NCBI RefSeq assembly: GCF_006345805.1
Contig: NW_021834609.1
Span: 1 to 46,452, forward strand
Length of the DNA: 46,452 nucleotides
Direction of reading: 5' to 3'
Origin: Octopus sinensis
Lineage: Eukaryota
Shown: one piece after another, positions 11,739-23,438 of the stretch
Numbering within the stretch: the stretch's first letter is position 1
Layout: each line of letters starts with the position of its first letter
Notes under the pieces: generated by a model
What the model was told of the DNA's origin: nothing
The model's input: only the letters and a program-made list of their open reading frames with translations
Database searches by the model: none
Made by a program: the position numbers and the translations under genes

Positions 11739-12167
11739 TATGCTATTTATAATGCTATCCGTAGGGAGGCGTTCCCTGGCGTATATATCAAAAGCATGTC
11801 AGAACCAGCATGTATTTACACCTTTAGAAACAAGGAATACTGGTGGAACACTGCAATAAAAGCAGTAATTCGGTGAAAACATAACAGACCTGATATTGTT
11901 CTGTGGGATAAGGAACAAAAGACATGCACTGCTGCAGAGGTCAGCTGCAAAGCGTACGCGAATGAAGAATCAAAAGTCAAGAAAATAGAGAACAGTTATG
12001 ATAAATTAAAACCGTACTTACTTCTCTTGTACCCTGATTATAAATTCCTAACATCATAAGTGCCTTAGACTATGTTCCAACAAATTTACACAAAATCCTA
12101 TAAGTTCTAAGTTTTTCGAAGAATGTGCGCAAGAAACTAAAGCGGTTTCTCCAAACCTTCTCTGTTG
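11739..12167 (+). mobile_element. Second RLE-type non-LTR retrotransposon remnant (distinct family)
   Basis: Reads PACIYTFRNKEYWWNTAIKAVIR*KHNRPDIVLWDKEQKTCTAAEVSC...KIENSYDKL...LYPDYKF.II..ALDYVP; the HNRPDIV and K..Y..L pattern is RLE-like, with stops and frameshifts. Confidence 0.75.
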
Positions 12168-12300
12168 TATGTATACGTATATATATGTTGTATGTATACG
12201 TATACGTATGTATACGTATGTATACGTATGTATACGTATGTATACGTATGTATACGTATGTATACGTATACGTATGTATGCATGTATGTATACGTATGTA
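12168..12300. repeat. Minisatellite (GTATACGTAT)n, ~9 copies
   Basis: 10-bp unit containing the palindromes GTATAC and TACGTA. Confidence 0.9.
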
Positions 12301-12339
12301 TATATATATATATATATATATAAATGTATGTATATATGA

Positions 12340-12483
12340 GTTGATGTGTGGTACGTAGTTTGCTTACCAACCACATGCTTCCAGTTTCAGTCCTACTGCC
12401 TGGTACCTTGGGCAAATGTTTTTCTACTATAGCCTCGAGCCGACCAAAGACTTGTGAGTGAATTTGGCAGACGAGAACTGGAA
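12340..12483 (+). mobile_element. SINE family A 5' half
   Basis: GTGTGGTACGTAGTTTGCTTACCAACCACATG...TTCTACTATAGCCTCGAGCCGACCAAAG. Confidence 0.85.
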
Positions 12484-12555
12484 GTGAAAATTTGTAAGAC
12501 ATCCAAAGATTCTCTATCTGGGATTCTTAGATGAATAGATGCATACACTTTAGAT

Positions 12556-12860
12556 CAGTGGTTCTCAACCATTTTTTTTTTTCATCTAAGGACCCCTTTG
12601 ATTACTACTTTATTATGTTGAACCCCCATAGGCTCTCGATATTTAAAAACTAGTGTTATAAAAACTTCTTTCAAAATTCCTATTTTGTCTTTTACGCATT
12701 AATTTGTGTAAATTGAACTATGTGAAATGTTAGGGAAAGAAACTTAGCTGTTCCTTCCTATACATAACAATACATACATCTAAAGCAGGGTTTTTCAACT
12801 TTTTTATCATTGGACCCGTTTGATTATTATTTGATTCTGGTGGAACCCACAGCCATTTCA
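12556..12860 (+). mobile_element. hAT/Charlie-like left termini (two related starts)
   Basis: CAGTGGTTCTCAACC...GGACCCCTTTGATT at 12556 and CAGGGTTTTTCAAC...GGACCCGTTTGATT at 12786; CAGTGGTTCTCAAC is a typical hAT-Charlie terminus. No matching right TIR seen. Confidence 0.45.
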
Positions 12861-12881
12861 TGTTTATTATTCGGTAGCCAT

Positions 12882-12942
12882 GATAAAACTCCGAGTTTCG
12901 GATGCCGAGGTAGAAATCCACGCCGCCATTTCTTCAGTTATC
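12882..12942 (-). ncRNA. Type I hammerhead ribozyme-like motif
   Basis: Minus-strand RNA: GAUAA-CUGAAGA-[31-nt imperfect helix II]-GAAA-CUC-G-GAG-UU-UUAUC. Helix I GAUAA/UUAUC is a perfect 5 bp; helix III is ACUC-G-GAGU; the NUH triplet is GUU. Confidence 0.6.
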
Positions 12943-13107
12943 TGGCGGCCGGAAAAAAAACTACAAAAATAGCTTTTTTGTCTTAACAACGGTCAATCAC
13001 ACAGTAATTTCCCTTTGTATAACGGTCATTTTCATAGCATTTTTCAGATGGCCAGATAACTGAAGAGGTAGCGGCGTGGATTTCCACCTCGGCATCCGAA
13101 ACTCGGA
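12890..13107. repeat. Inverted repeat (57-bp arms, ~104-bp spacer) ending in (TA)n
   Basis: Arms 12890-12946 and 13051-13107; each arm carries the CTGAAGA...CGAAAC core. Confidence 0.9.
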
Positions 13108-13504
13108 TATATATATAATATATATATATAAGGCAATCTTCATATCCAACTTAACGTGGATGTCTTGCTAGAATGCTGAAGGATAAGTTATTTTCTTGAG
13201 AAGACCACTCATCTGGACGCATAATTCATGAAAACACATATTTTATCGTTAGCCGAGGCAAGAATCGTCTGCTATGGCGGTCGGAACTCAGAGATCATGT
13301 GATTTCAACTTATGCGGTTTTCTTAGTGGCAGACCAGCCGAATCTCACTACCAACGACAAATAAAATTTCAGCATCTTTTCAGGTATAGCAATAGCTTGT
13401 GTATATACCTAATCTCCCTTCCGAATCTTCCAAACGATTGGTGAATGACTTCGGATTTGCAGTTTGTATGAATCGACTGCATAGGGACTTCAAACTTAAA
13501 ATCT

Positions 13505-13919
13505 TCACTTCTACTATATGGCTCAGAAACCTGGACGTTATCAAAGAAGCTTGAGAGGCGGTGGATGGAACTTACACTCGCCTCCTTATGAGAGCTCAAA
13601 ATCTCTCGTGGAAGCGTCATCCAACCAAAGTACAAATATATGGGAAACTACCACCTGTATCATCTCTTGTGAAAGGTAGAAGAGTCCAGTTTGCTGGACA
13701 TTGTTGTAGAGCCGAAAATGAGGCAATGTCTACTCTTCTCCTCTGGAAGCCATCTACTCGCGATACCAGAGGGCGCACACTCTCCTACCCTGATGTAATC
13801 TCCAGGGATACAGGCATCCAGCAACAGGACCTCCGTAATGCTATGATAGACCGTGAAATCTGGCGTAGCATAGTAAATTCCATTGTCTTGACCACGGTCG
13901 AACAATGATGATGATGATG
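13505..13919 (+). mobile_element. RTE-clade LINE 3' fragment
   Basis: LLLYGSETWTLSKKLERR(L)DGTYTRLLMRAQNLSWKRHPT...RRVQFAGHCCR...LLLWKP...GR...Y...RD...AMIDREIWR..., stop at 13906-13908, then a (TGA)n tail. Confidence 0.88.
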
Positions 13920-14682
13920 CATATTTATTAAAAGACATTAAATTCCTACCCTCATCACTAGACACCATTTTGTTGACTAGGTCTTTTTCGTATGGAGTGC
14001 TGACTAAGTTATTGGCCTGGATTTCTTCAGTTTTTATTTTCATTCACTATGTATCTGCTTTTTCGTGTAAGTGTGTGTGTATGAGTGTGTGTGAGTGTGT
14101 GTGTGTGTGTGTGTGTGTCTGTGGTGTGTGTGTGTGTGTGTGTTTGTGTGTGTGTATGTGTACGCTCGGTCGATAAATATCAAGAATAAATCTAGTTGAA
14201 CGATATTTACAAATAAATACGCTAAACAAATATATTTTGCCACCGTGACATAGATTCGTTTAATCTTAATATGTTTTGAGATTTCTTTCTTCTCTTTGGT
14301 CCAACAGTTCTTTTTTTCATCTTTTTGCTTGTCTAATATTTTTTTTTTACTGAAGCTGTTTAGAAAAAAAAATGTGGGGGAATACGGTGTCTTAAGAAAA
14401 CATGTTAACTGATAAGAGCTGTATGTAGTGATAATGATATTACACATGCTTTCAAAACGCAAAATGATAAAATACCCCACCCATCTAAATAAAAAAAAAA
14501 TAGGGGAGAAAGAAAATGATATAAATAAATGAATGAATAAATAAATAAAACTAATAGAAACAACACAACAATAAGAATAACAAAATGGAGAAATAGACGT
14601 GAGAGTTTATAATATTTAGTATACATTAAGGACATCAATAGGGTTATTATTGATTGCACACAGACATGCATGTCTATGTACG

Positions 14683-14852
14683 TCTATGTGTATATATGTG
14701 TGTCTGTGTATATATGTGTGTCTGTGTATATGTGTGTCTGTGTATATATGTGTGTCTGTGTATATATGTGTGTCTGTGTATATATGTGTGTCTGTGTATA
14801 TATGTGTGTCTGTGTATATATGTGTGTCTGTGTATATATGTGTGTCTGTGTA
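14683..14852. repeat. Minisatellite (TGTGTGTCTGTGTATATA)n, ~9 copies
   Basis: 18-bp unit; source of the DTHIYT and CVSVYI ORFs. Confidence 0.9.
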
Positions 14853-15489
14853 TGCATGTGTGTGCATGTGTTTAATATATATTTATATGTAGATATATGT
14901 GTAAATAAGTGTAAGTTGTGTGTGTGTGTGTGTTATGTGTGTGTGTGTCTGAGACAGAATGCGATTGTGTGGATTTTATCCTATGTTTACGTGTGGGTAT
15001 GTCTGTCTTGGTGGAGAAAAAAACAGTAGACTTGAGAAAACGCCTCTTTCATTCTCGCTTAAAAAGCGCATGTATGCGTTGGAATTTACATGTGTGAGTG
15101 CATGTGTGTGAGTGCATGTGTGTGAGTGTGGGTGAATGTGAGTGTTAGTGTGTGAGTGTACGTGTGCATGTGCGTGAGTACTTGAGTGAGAGAGAGATAG
15201 ATGACGAGAGAGAGAGAGAGACATACAATACATGAATATATGTATTTATGTGCTGAGGGTTATTATGCGCATATACGTGCAAGTATGTGAATCAATGCAT
15301 TTCTTTGAACATGTTAGCTTTATGTATTAAGTACTTGCTTAATCTAGAAGGAAGTACAATGCATGTAGCCTGAGCTTACTCTCTAAAACCGTTGAGGTTT
15401 ATGTGTTTAAGGTTTCCTTTTGAAAATTTAATTCTACTTGCAACCAAGCTACTTCATGTTCAGTTCCGTTACGCGGAACATTGAGTAAG

Positions 15490-15548
<59 letters not shown>

Positions 15549-15816
15549 TGTGTGTGTGTAAACGTAATTACTGTAGTCGATTTCTTGGACAAATTCCCTT
15601 AAAGTCCGTGCCCCGTCATGTGACTGAAACAAGTTACAGATAATAATTTTTGAGTTAGGTATTTACCAAGTACGAAGTAATAGTGAGTAATGATGGGTTG
15701 AATATGGAAGGAAATGTTCAAACTAAGGAGACAAAAAATGAGGACTGGGGACGGGGAAACTGTCTTGCATGGCATGCTATGAGACCGATTCACTCTAAAG
15801 AAAAGAGGCCACGGGA

Positions 15817-16202
15817 GTAGCGGCACAAGAGACTGAAAGACTTTCAGATAGGGACCGTCGGACTCTTACGCGAATTGTTAGAAAGGATCACAAAAGTACA
15901 ACTCCCAATATTGCTGCATAGCTTCATGACCACCTCTAGAACCCAGTTTCCACAAAGACTTGTTCGCCGCGAGCTTCACAAAGCCGGACTTCACGGGAGG
16001 GCTGCAATCAGAAAACCACTACTTTCGAAAACAAACGTTGCAAAGCGTTTAGAGTGGAAAAAAAAAACCTACAGAATTGGTCCCAAGAACAGTTGAAGAA
16101 AATATTTTCCCGGTCGAGTCATCCTTTACTTTATTTCCGACCACCGGCCAAGTATACGTGTGGAGAGTGCCAAAAGAAGCATTTGATCCAGACAGTTTTC
16201 TT
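15817..16202 (+). mobile_element. Tc1 transposase middle fragment (same family as 3556-4276)
   Basis: LSDRDRRTLTRIVRKDHKST...PVSTKTVRRELHKAGLHGRAAIRKPLLSKTNVAKRLEW...ESSFTLFPTTGQVYVWRVPKEAFDPD, with frameshifts. Confidence 0.88.
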
Positions 16203-16269
16203 ACAGCACGCTATATAGTGGCGTGTGTGTTTTTTGCAAATGTGCGCGTGTATTTGTGTGTATGCAATA

Positions 16270-16500
16270 GGGAAATGCAATGTGGTGAGATGACAGAACC
16301 GTTTCAGCACGTCAGACAATCAGCTTAGTGCATTTCTTCCATTTTTTTTTACCTTGTGAGTTCGACTCTCACTAAGATGAGGTAAACTTTGCTCTTCGTC
16401 ATGTTGAGGCGGATAAAATATGTACCAATCAAGTACTGGAGTTGGTGAAACCGACAGTTCCATCTCTCAAAGATTGGTGGCCTTGAACACATTAATTGAA
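16270..16500 (+). mobile_element. SINE family B, strongly diverged
   Basis: GTGAGTTCGACTCTCACTAAGATGAGGTAAACTTTGC...GATAAAATATGTACCAATCAAGTACTGGAG aligns weakly with the family B core. Confidence 0.55.
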
Positions 16501-16871
16501 AGCGTCTCGTTCAGCGGGAGTGTTACGATCTCAATCACTTCCAAACCATAGAATCCGAGTATCTGGCCACTTCAGTTCTAAGGCTCGGAAAAAAAAAAAA
16601 GACAAAAGAAAAGAGATAACAGATATATCAATGTATGTTAATGAATGCATGTATATATACACATGATTATGAGTGTAATGTGGTATATGAATGAGAATGT
16701 GTGCAGTAAATATATATGTATAATTCTATATGGTGCATACATACATCCGTATACCTGCATGCGTGCATTTGTGTGCATGCTTGCAGTTATGTGACTTATG
16801 TTCATACGTGCTTCTAAATGAGGTGTACGTATATATAAACATATACATACACAGGCATATAATACACATAC

Positions 16872-16929
<58 letters not shown>

Positions 16930-17665
16930 ATATGTATGTATGTATATAAGTATGTATGTATATATGTATGTATGTATGCATGTATGTATGTATGTATGAT
17001 GTATATTCTCACACACGCACATACAAATATGCACATGTATGTGAATGTATATTGGTGCATGTATATTTATATATATGTGTGTGTGTGTGTGTATTTCTTT
17101 CTAAGTTTTTGTCTGTGTATATGTGTACATTTTGTCAGTATATTTGTTAATTTCTATCTGTAAATACATCTTTGTGTGAGAGTGTTTGAACAGAGATTTA
17201 TCCGCTCCAGTGTACAATTTATTTATACAGAATGTTTAACAAATGTCTTCATCTTTCAACAAATACGATTAAGGTGTGTTCTCTCTCTTGTATTTTCAAT
17301 CTGTTCCGAGGGAGTGAGAGAGGGTGTTGTTTTATATCCGATGACAAATTTAAACGCCCCGATTCAAGCAACAAATCTTGCTATAAATTTGTATGCCATC
17401 ATCAGCCATTTGGGTCCTATTAGCTTTTGGATTCTTTTACTTTTTGTTTGTGCGTTTTCTTTTTTATATTTAGGGATTTCGTTTTGAAGGAAAGATTTGG
17501 AATATTCCTTTTTTGTTTTTTTTTTTCTTTCACAAGTACAAAAAGTCAAAAAGTATACATGCGTGTACGTACGTGTGTATGCTCGCCGTGTGTGTGTGTG
17601 TGTGTGTATTTTTCTGTGTGCGTGCGTAGGGGTGCTCGCGTGTATGTGTGTGTGTGTGTGTGTAT

Positions 17666-17718
<53 letters not shown>

Positions 17719-18013
17719 GCCTGGGGGTCTATTTGCACGATTCAGAAGGTGGTCTTGGTGGTTTCGGATACGTTTTCAGGTTTGTCGTTCCTAAAACCAT
17801 GTTAAAGCCTGGATATACAAAGGCGGCTATATCTCAATACACACACAGACACACACACACAGATACACACACACATATATATGTATTTATGTATGTATAA
17901 GATATATGCATAGAGAGAGAGAGAGAGAATGGTAGAGAGAGGGGAGAGAGGATATATATGTATAGGATATATACATATACTTCGCGAAGACTGTTCACAA
18001 TATATAATATATG

Positions 18014-18560
18014 TATATAATTTAGAGAAAAACCTCTATTAAAGAATTCAATAAAGAAAGATGATATTCACACCATATAGAAAACATACTATAAAAAAAA
18101 ACCTTATTCTAAAAATCAATAAAGTACAATAAATAGTAAATAGTAGTAAATGTGGTGGCCAGATAAGGTGTCCAACCTCACTAGAATGTTCCTCATGCCA
18201 TTCAGTAACACCTTTAGCCGTGTGAGTTGGTGCATTATCATCCTGAAAGATTGCGTTTCCTTCCGGAAACAGTTCCGCAGCTATACGATGAACTTGATTA
18301 GGTAAAATGCTTAAATAGTCTTGACTATTAATTCTACCATGAAGGGAATCCATTGGGCCGGTGGATTTCTAAGATATATTCCCCCTAGATCATCACAGAT
18401 CCTCCTCCATGTTTTAAGTTGGAGAAAAGCAATCTGGATCAAATGCTAATATTTACTATTTATTGTACTTTATCGATTTATAGCATATGTTTTCAATATG
18501 GTGTGAATAACATCTTTCTTTATTGAATTGTTTAATAGTGGCGTTTCTCTAAATTATATA
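18014..18560. repeat. Inverted repeat (~110-130-bp arms) enclosing a Tc1 fragment
   Basis: Left arm 18014-18142 (TATATAATTTAGAGAAA...TTCAATAAAGAAAGATG...AAAGTACAATAAATAGTAAATA) is the reverse complement of 18450-18560, apart from a ~20-nt insertion in the left arm. Confidence 0.88.
18151..18446 (-). mobile_element. Tc1 transposase catalytic fragment
   Basis: AFDPDCF...KHGGGSVMI...SLHGRINSQDYLSILPNQVHRIAAELFPEGNAIFQDDNAPTHTAKGVTEWHEEH...LIWPP. Confidence 0.9.
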
Positions 18561-18570
<10 letters not shown>

Positions 18571-18607
<37 letters not shown>

Positions 18608-18619
18608 TAATAATAATAA

Positions 18620-18662
<43 letters not shown>

Positions 18663-18678
18663 TAATAATAATAATAAT
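18571..18678. repeat. (TAA)n microsatellite
   Basis: Direct reading. Confidence 0.95.
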
Positions 18679-18914
18679 TTGAGGGAATATTATTCCTAAC
18701 TTACAGGGAAACATTCAATTTAGAAATACTAAATCAAATTTCACAAAATATAATATATTATAAAATAGTAAAAACCCACCTTTTATCAATTCAAAATGAA
18801 CATTATATTACACCATCTACAAAATTACATATAAAAGAAATATTAAATTTAAAATAACAATAATATACCGTTGATTAAGTAAATTGCAAAATAATAATAA
18901 AAACGTATATATTT

Positions 18915-18953
<39 letters not shown>

Positions 18954-19795
18954 GGAACAAAAACGCAATATAGAGCATTAAAACATTCAAACAGATAGAT
19001 AATACAAAGGTGGACAAGAGAATCAACAATTAGAAGGACAGGCAAAAAAAAAGACGGGTCATTCGTGACTTTCTTTCCTCAGTCAAGTTCCAGAAGTCAC
19101 GACCATTTCGGGCAGTTACACTTGAGATGGTCCTATCTGTACCCCCCCCCCCGAGATTAATGGGTAGCAGATTTAAAAGAACCATATGTAACGTGGTCGA
19201 TTTCCTAGATTAAAACTCTTCGAGGCAATGTCTCAGCCTAGCTACAGTGAAATGAATGAGACTAGTAAACGATTGAAGATATATGATTGTGTGCGCCCGC
19301 CCGTGAGTCTCTCTGCGTGAATGAGGGAGTATCTACGTGTGTTTGCATTTTGTACCACTAAATTTAGTGTTCATACAAACGTAATAAGCCAAAAGGAAAA
19401 GTCAATAATAATTGAGATTCAAACCAACACCCCACATACACACACACACAGACGCTCATACACTTGCCTACACATATTTTTACAACTACCAGAACCTGAT
19501 AAGCATACCTTCTTAAGCTTATCTTGTGATTTCAAGATAATTATCTCTATATCTAATCAGGAAGTTTGTAATTGTTATATGCGCTCGATGCATCAGTGTT
19601 TTCAAGTATATTTGTACGTTTGATCGATTCTTTCGATGATTTCATGTCCTATTCGCTATCAAAATCTCGCTTGCGGTTATTTAGTCCAAGAACTATTCTG
19701 AGGAGCAGACTTGCGATGAAAGGCTTTTTTTTCAAGTGGTGGCCATCAGGATTTGTTGTTGTTGTTGTTGTTGATGTAGTTATAGCATACCGGGC

Positions 19796-20138
19796 GCCGC
19801 TACGTTCTGAGTTCAAATTCCGCCGAGGTCGACTTTGCCTTTCATCCTTTCGTGGTCGATTAAATAAGTACCAGTTACGCACTAGGATCGATAGAATCGA
19901 CTTAATCCGTTTGTCTATCCTTGTTTGTTCCCCCCTGCGTTTAGTCCCTTGTGGGTAGTAAAGAAATAGGTATTTCGTCTGCCGTTACGTTCTGAGTTCA
20001 AATTCCACCGAAGTCGACTTTGCCTTTCATCAATTAAGGGTTGATATATTAAGTATCAATTGAGTTCTGGGGTCGATGTAATCGACTTAACCCCGCTTCA
20101 ATATTTCAGGCGTTGTGCCTGCATTAGAAAGTATTATT
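19796..20138 (+). mobile_element. SINE family B, headless, with duplicated core (core-tail1-core-tail2)
   Basis: GTTCTGAGTTCAAATTCC.CCGA.GTCGACTTTGCCTTTCATC occurs at ~19804 and again at ~19989. Confidence 0.88.
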
Positions 20139-20771
20139 GTTATGCCCATTGTAGAGTATATGGGTTTGTCAAGGAATCGATGAACTTTTGATCGGAAAAC
20201 ATGTCTCACACTAAGTGTAGCTCGTTCTGTTTCGTATCAATCTGGCGCTGAAATCTCATCTGTACTTCAAGTATATGTTTGAACGGAACTTTGGCAAGCT
20301 CCAGTAAAGCACTTCGACTGGCGAATTACACCAGTTGAGGTTAGCCAAAACTATGGAACTGTTGGGGAATTAGGGTTTGCCTACCAATGCATGTGAAGAC
20401 TGGATCCAGTGGACTCTGTGAAAGAAACCTACATGGTTCAACGGATGGGGAGGCGGACTGTAGCAATTCATAGTGGAATGTAGAGAGTAAGATGAATAAA
20501 AAAAAAAACATGGTCATCCATTACATTTATCTCCATCCCCAATAGTTTTGACCTGTTGTTGCCCCTACACTGAGGATAGCCGCAAATGAGAGAGTAACGG
20601 TGTGTAACTCTTTTTTTCACTTTAAGGAAAGTCACTGCACAAGCCATTAGTTATCCTTCACATTTTCGACGAGCAACAACATGTCCGTTGCGCTCTGTGT
20701 CGCGATCGTTCTGATTAGTAGTCGCAGCCATCATCATCGTTATCATCGTCATCGTCGTCGTCATTCATATA

Positions 20772-21371
20772 TTGGGTTTACTCTTTTACTCTTTTACTTG
20801 TTTCAGTCATTTGACTGCGGCCATGCTGCGATTTATAGTAGCTTACCTTTCGACTTATTTTAGAACATGGTTGAGTCTATAAAATAGGATTTGACTACAC
20901 CACCATTTAGAGCACAGTTTAAGCTATCTTTTCGTGGAAGAAGGTTTATGTTCCTATAACCTGTGTTAATTCTGTAACCCTTTAAAATGGAAGATAAGAA
21001 AGTTCATTTTCGGCACTTGATGCTTTGGGAACCAGACAAAAATTGTTGCAGTTCGGCTGGGATGTGTTACCCCCACCTTCCATATTCACCAGATGTTGCT
21101 CGTTCGGATTTCTACTTATTCAGGGCTCTGCAGAATTGTCTTAATGGTAAAAATTTCTATTCCTTGGATGACATAAAAAGATACCTTGATGAATTCTTTG
21201 CCTTGAAACCACCTCAATTCTGGGAAGAGGGTATTTTCAAGTTAAAGGAAAGATGGAGATGCACTGTGCAAGAAAATGGTTCAAATTTGGTAGATTAAAA
21301 ACGTAATGGTAAGTATTTATTGACCTTTTTCTTTCCTTCAAAAATCGGCACGAACTCTCCGGACAACCCAA
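20772..21371 (+). mobile_element. Internally deleted mariner transposon
   Basis: TA|TTGGGTT left TIR (interrupted by a SINE tail) and ...CGGCACGAACTCTCCGGACAACCCAA right TIR; ORF 20987-21298 fuses MEDKKVHFRHLMLWE to PHLPYSPDVARSDFYLFRALQN...FWEEGIFKLKERW (YSPDLAPSD-type motif). Confidence 0.88.
20779..20829 (-). mobile_element. SINE family A tail inside the mariner left TIR
   Basis: TACTCTTTTACTCTTTTACTTGTTTCAGTCATTTGACTGCGGCCATGCTG. Confidence 0.88.
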
Positions 21372-21995
21372 TCATTTTCATTGTTGTTGTGGCTGGCAGC
21401 AAGAACTGTCGCGGTAGCTATTGTTTTTGTTGTAGTGGTCATAACACTAGTCGTTGTGATTGCCATGTTCACTATTATTTTGGCCGTCGTCGTCTTTGTA
21501 TACCAATGGCCATAGTCCTCGTCATCGTTAACGTAATGTATGTCATGTTCGTCGTGTTTTGCTGTAGTCGTCATCGTGGTTGTTATGGCCGGCGTAACCA
21601 TTATTTATAGCAGCTTTTACTTAAATTAGATTGATAACTTTCTCAGTAATTTGAAGTATCAACATGTCGTTGCTTGCCGGTGGTGGTGGTGGTGGTGGTG
21701 GTGATGTTGTTGCTGCTATTGATATTGTTGTTGTTGTTGTTGTTCATTAAATAATATATTAGTTTACATGTTATTTTTGTTCTTTTTTTCATGTTCCAAA
21801 TTCAAATGCTTTCGTTTAATTATTTTCATATGTATGTAGTATACATACAAACATGCATACATATGTGTGCGAATGTATATGTGTATACATACATATGAAA
21901 ATAATATCTATACATATATATGTCTATATGCACACTCACACACATAATTACATACATATATACATACATACACATACATGAGTGTGTATATCTAT

Positions 21996-22034
<39 letters not shown>

Positions 22035-22259
22035 TATATGTATGTATATATTTGTGCGTGTGCGTGTGTATTTCTTTCGTCATGTAACACTTCTGTTATT
22101 CGTACTTTTGATGTGCCAGGTGCTCGAGCGATGAGAATCAGATTCATTTACGTACATATAGGCAAATATAAATATATATACACATACATGCATATATATA
22201 CATACACATACACTTAAACATACCCACAGATTATATATATATATATGTATGTGTATAGT

Positions 22260-22297
<38 letters not shown>

Positions 22298-23159
22298 AAT
22301 ACAGTCACGAAGGACAGATTGCTTGTCTAAATGAAAAACTGATCTTGTTATCTCTTATCGGAAGTTCAAATTGGGGACTGTAAACAATGACATTGAGTTT
22401 ATCATTTCCTGACGAGCGCTGTAAAAAGAAACCAATCTTTCGCCTTGAAAAATTGTCTTCAATGCGGCTTTCCTTGACACTGGAATACATTACACTAAAC
22501 CTATAGCCTAACCCAAAATGGATAAGGACTGCACCTGAGGAACAGAATGCCTTTGGTTCCAACAAATCTAAAGTGATTAATGCATATGTACGCCATATGT
22601 ACGCCATATGTGTGTGTGTATAAATTCATGTGTATATATGTACGTGGTGATTGTATGCGTTGTTGTTTTTTTAACCCGGGGCCGAAAATGACCGAGCAGA
22701 TCGTTCCAGTTGTCGTAACAGCATGTACATCAAGTTTCATTAGGTAAGCTAATTATACTTTAGCGGTGGTTGGCAGTAAATTGAGGGAAATATGGCTGTT
22801 ATTTCTCGTTTGTTGAAATACCATATACGGAATCCTTTCTTTTTGTAAGTAAATTAAGCGTGTTTGTTGTGTGTCTAACATTAGAAATCTACTCATCAAA
22901 GAAAAAAGAAATCATGTCGTAATAAACATCATTTTCCTGTCCCCATGACTATCTTGTACTTCTGCCCTAAATATACGCAAAACTTTGTAAACCCGAATCG
23001 GTTTGCACGCACCGGATAACGACATTAAGAATGTCATAACCCCTACGGAAAGTTTATCTTGTTGGTATTGAGTCCTTAAATTGAGTACAAAATTGCTATT
23101 GCTTTAATCGTCGTGAGCGTCATTATTGTCACTATTACTAATTCCGAGGAGAAGAGGAA

Positions 23160-23322
23160 GTGAATGCATCAACTCCAGTGTTCAATTAGCATGTATCTTC
23201 TTGACTGAAGGATGAAAATTAGTCGACCTAGGTGTCATTTGAACTCAGAACGAAAAGAGCCGGAAAAAATGTTTCTAAGCATTTTGTTCGCGCTGTAGTG
23301 ATTCTGCTAAGCTCGCCGCTTG
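23160..23322 (-). mobile_element. SINE family B, diverged
   Basis: AAGGATGAAAATTAGTCGACCTAGG..ATTTGAACTCAGAACG...AAGCATTTTG...GATTCTGCTAAGCTCGCCGC. Confidence 0.7.
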
Positions 23323-23394
23323 ACGGCCGTCATCGAAATTTATGCTGCGTTCGTTTATTCAAATTCTTTATACTCTTATACTTGTTTCAGTCAT

Positions 23395-23438
<44 letters not shown>

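Noticed and set aside
14683-14852. Regular repeats resembling a CRISPR array (also 8641-8749 and 12168-12300)
   Set aside because: Units are directly adjacent with no unique spacers, there are no cas genes, and the context is eukaryotic.
17715-17835. GC-richer island with open frames on both strands
   Set aside because: Only ~120 bp with no recognisable motif or strong splice sites; insufficient support for an exon.
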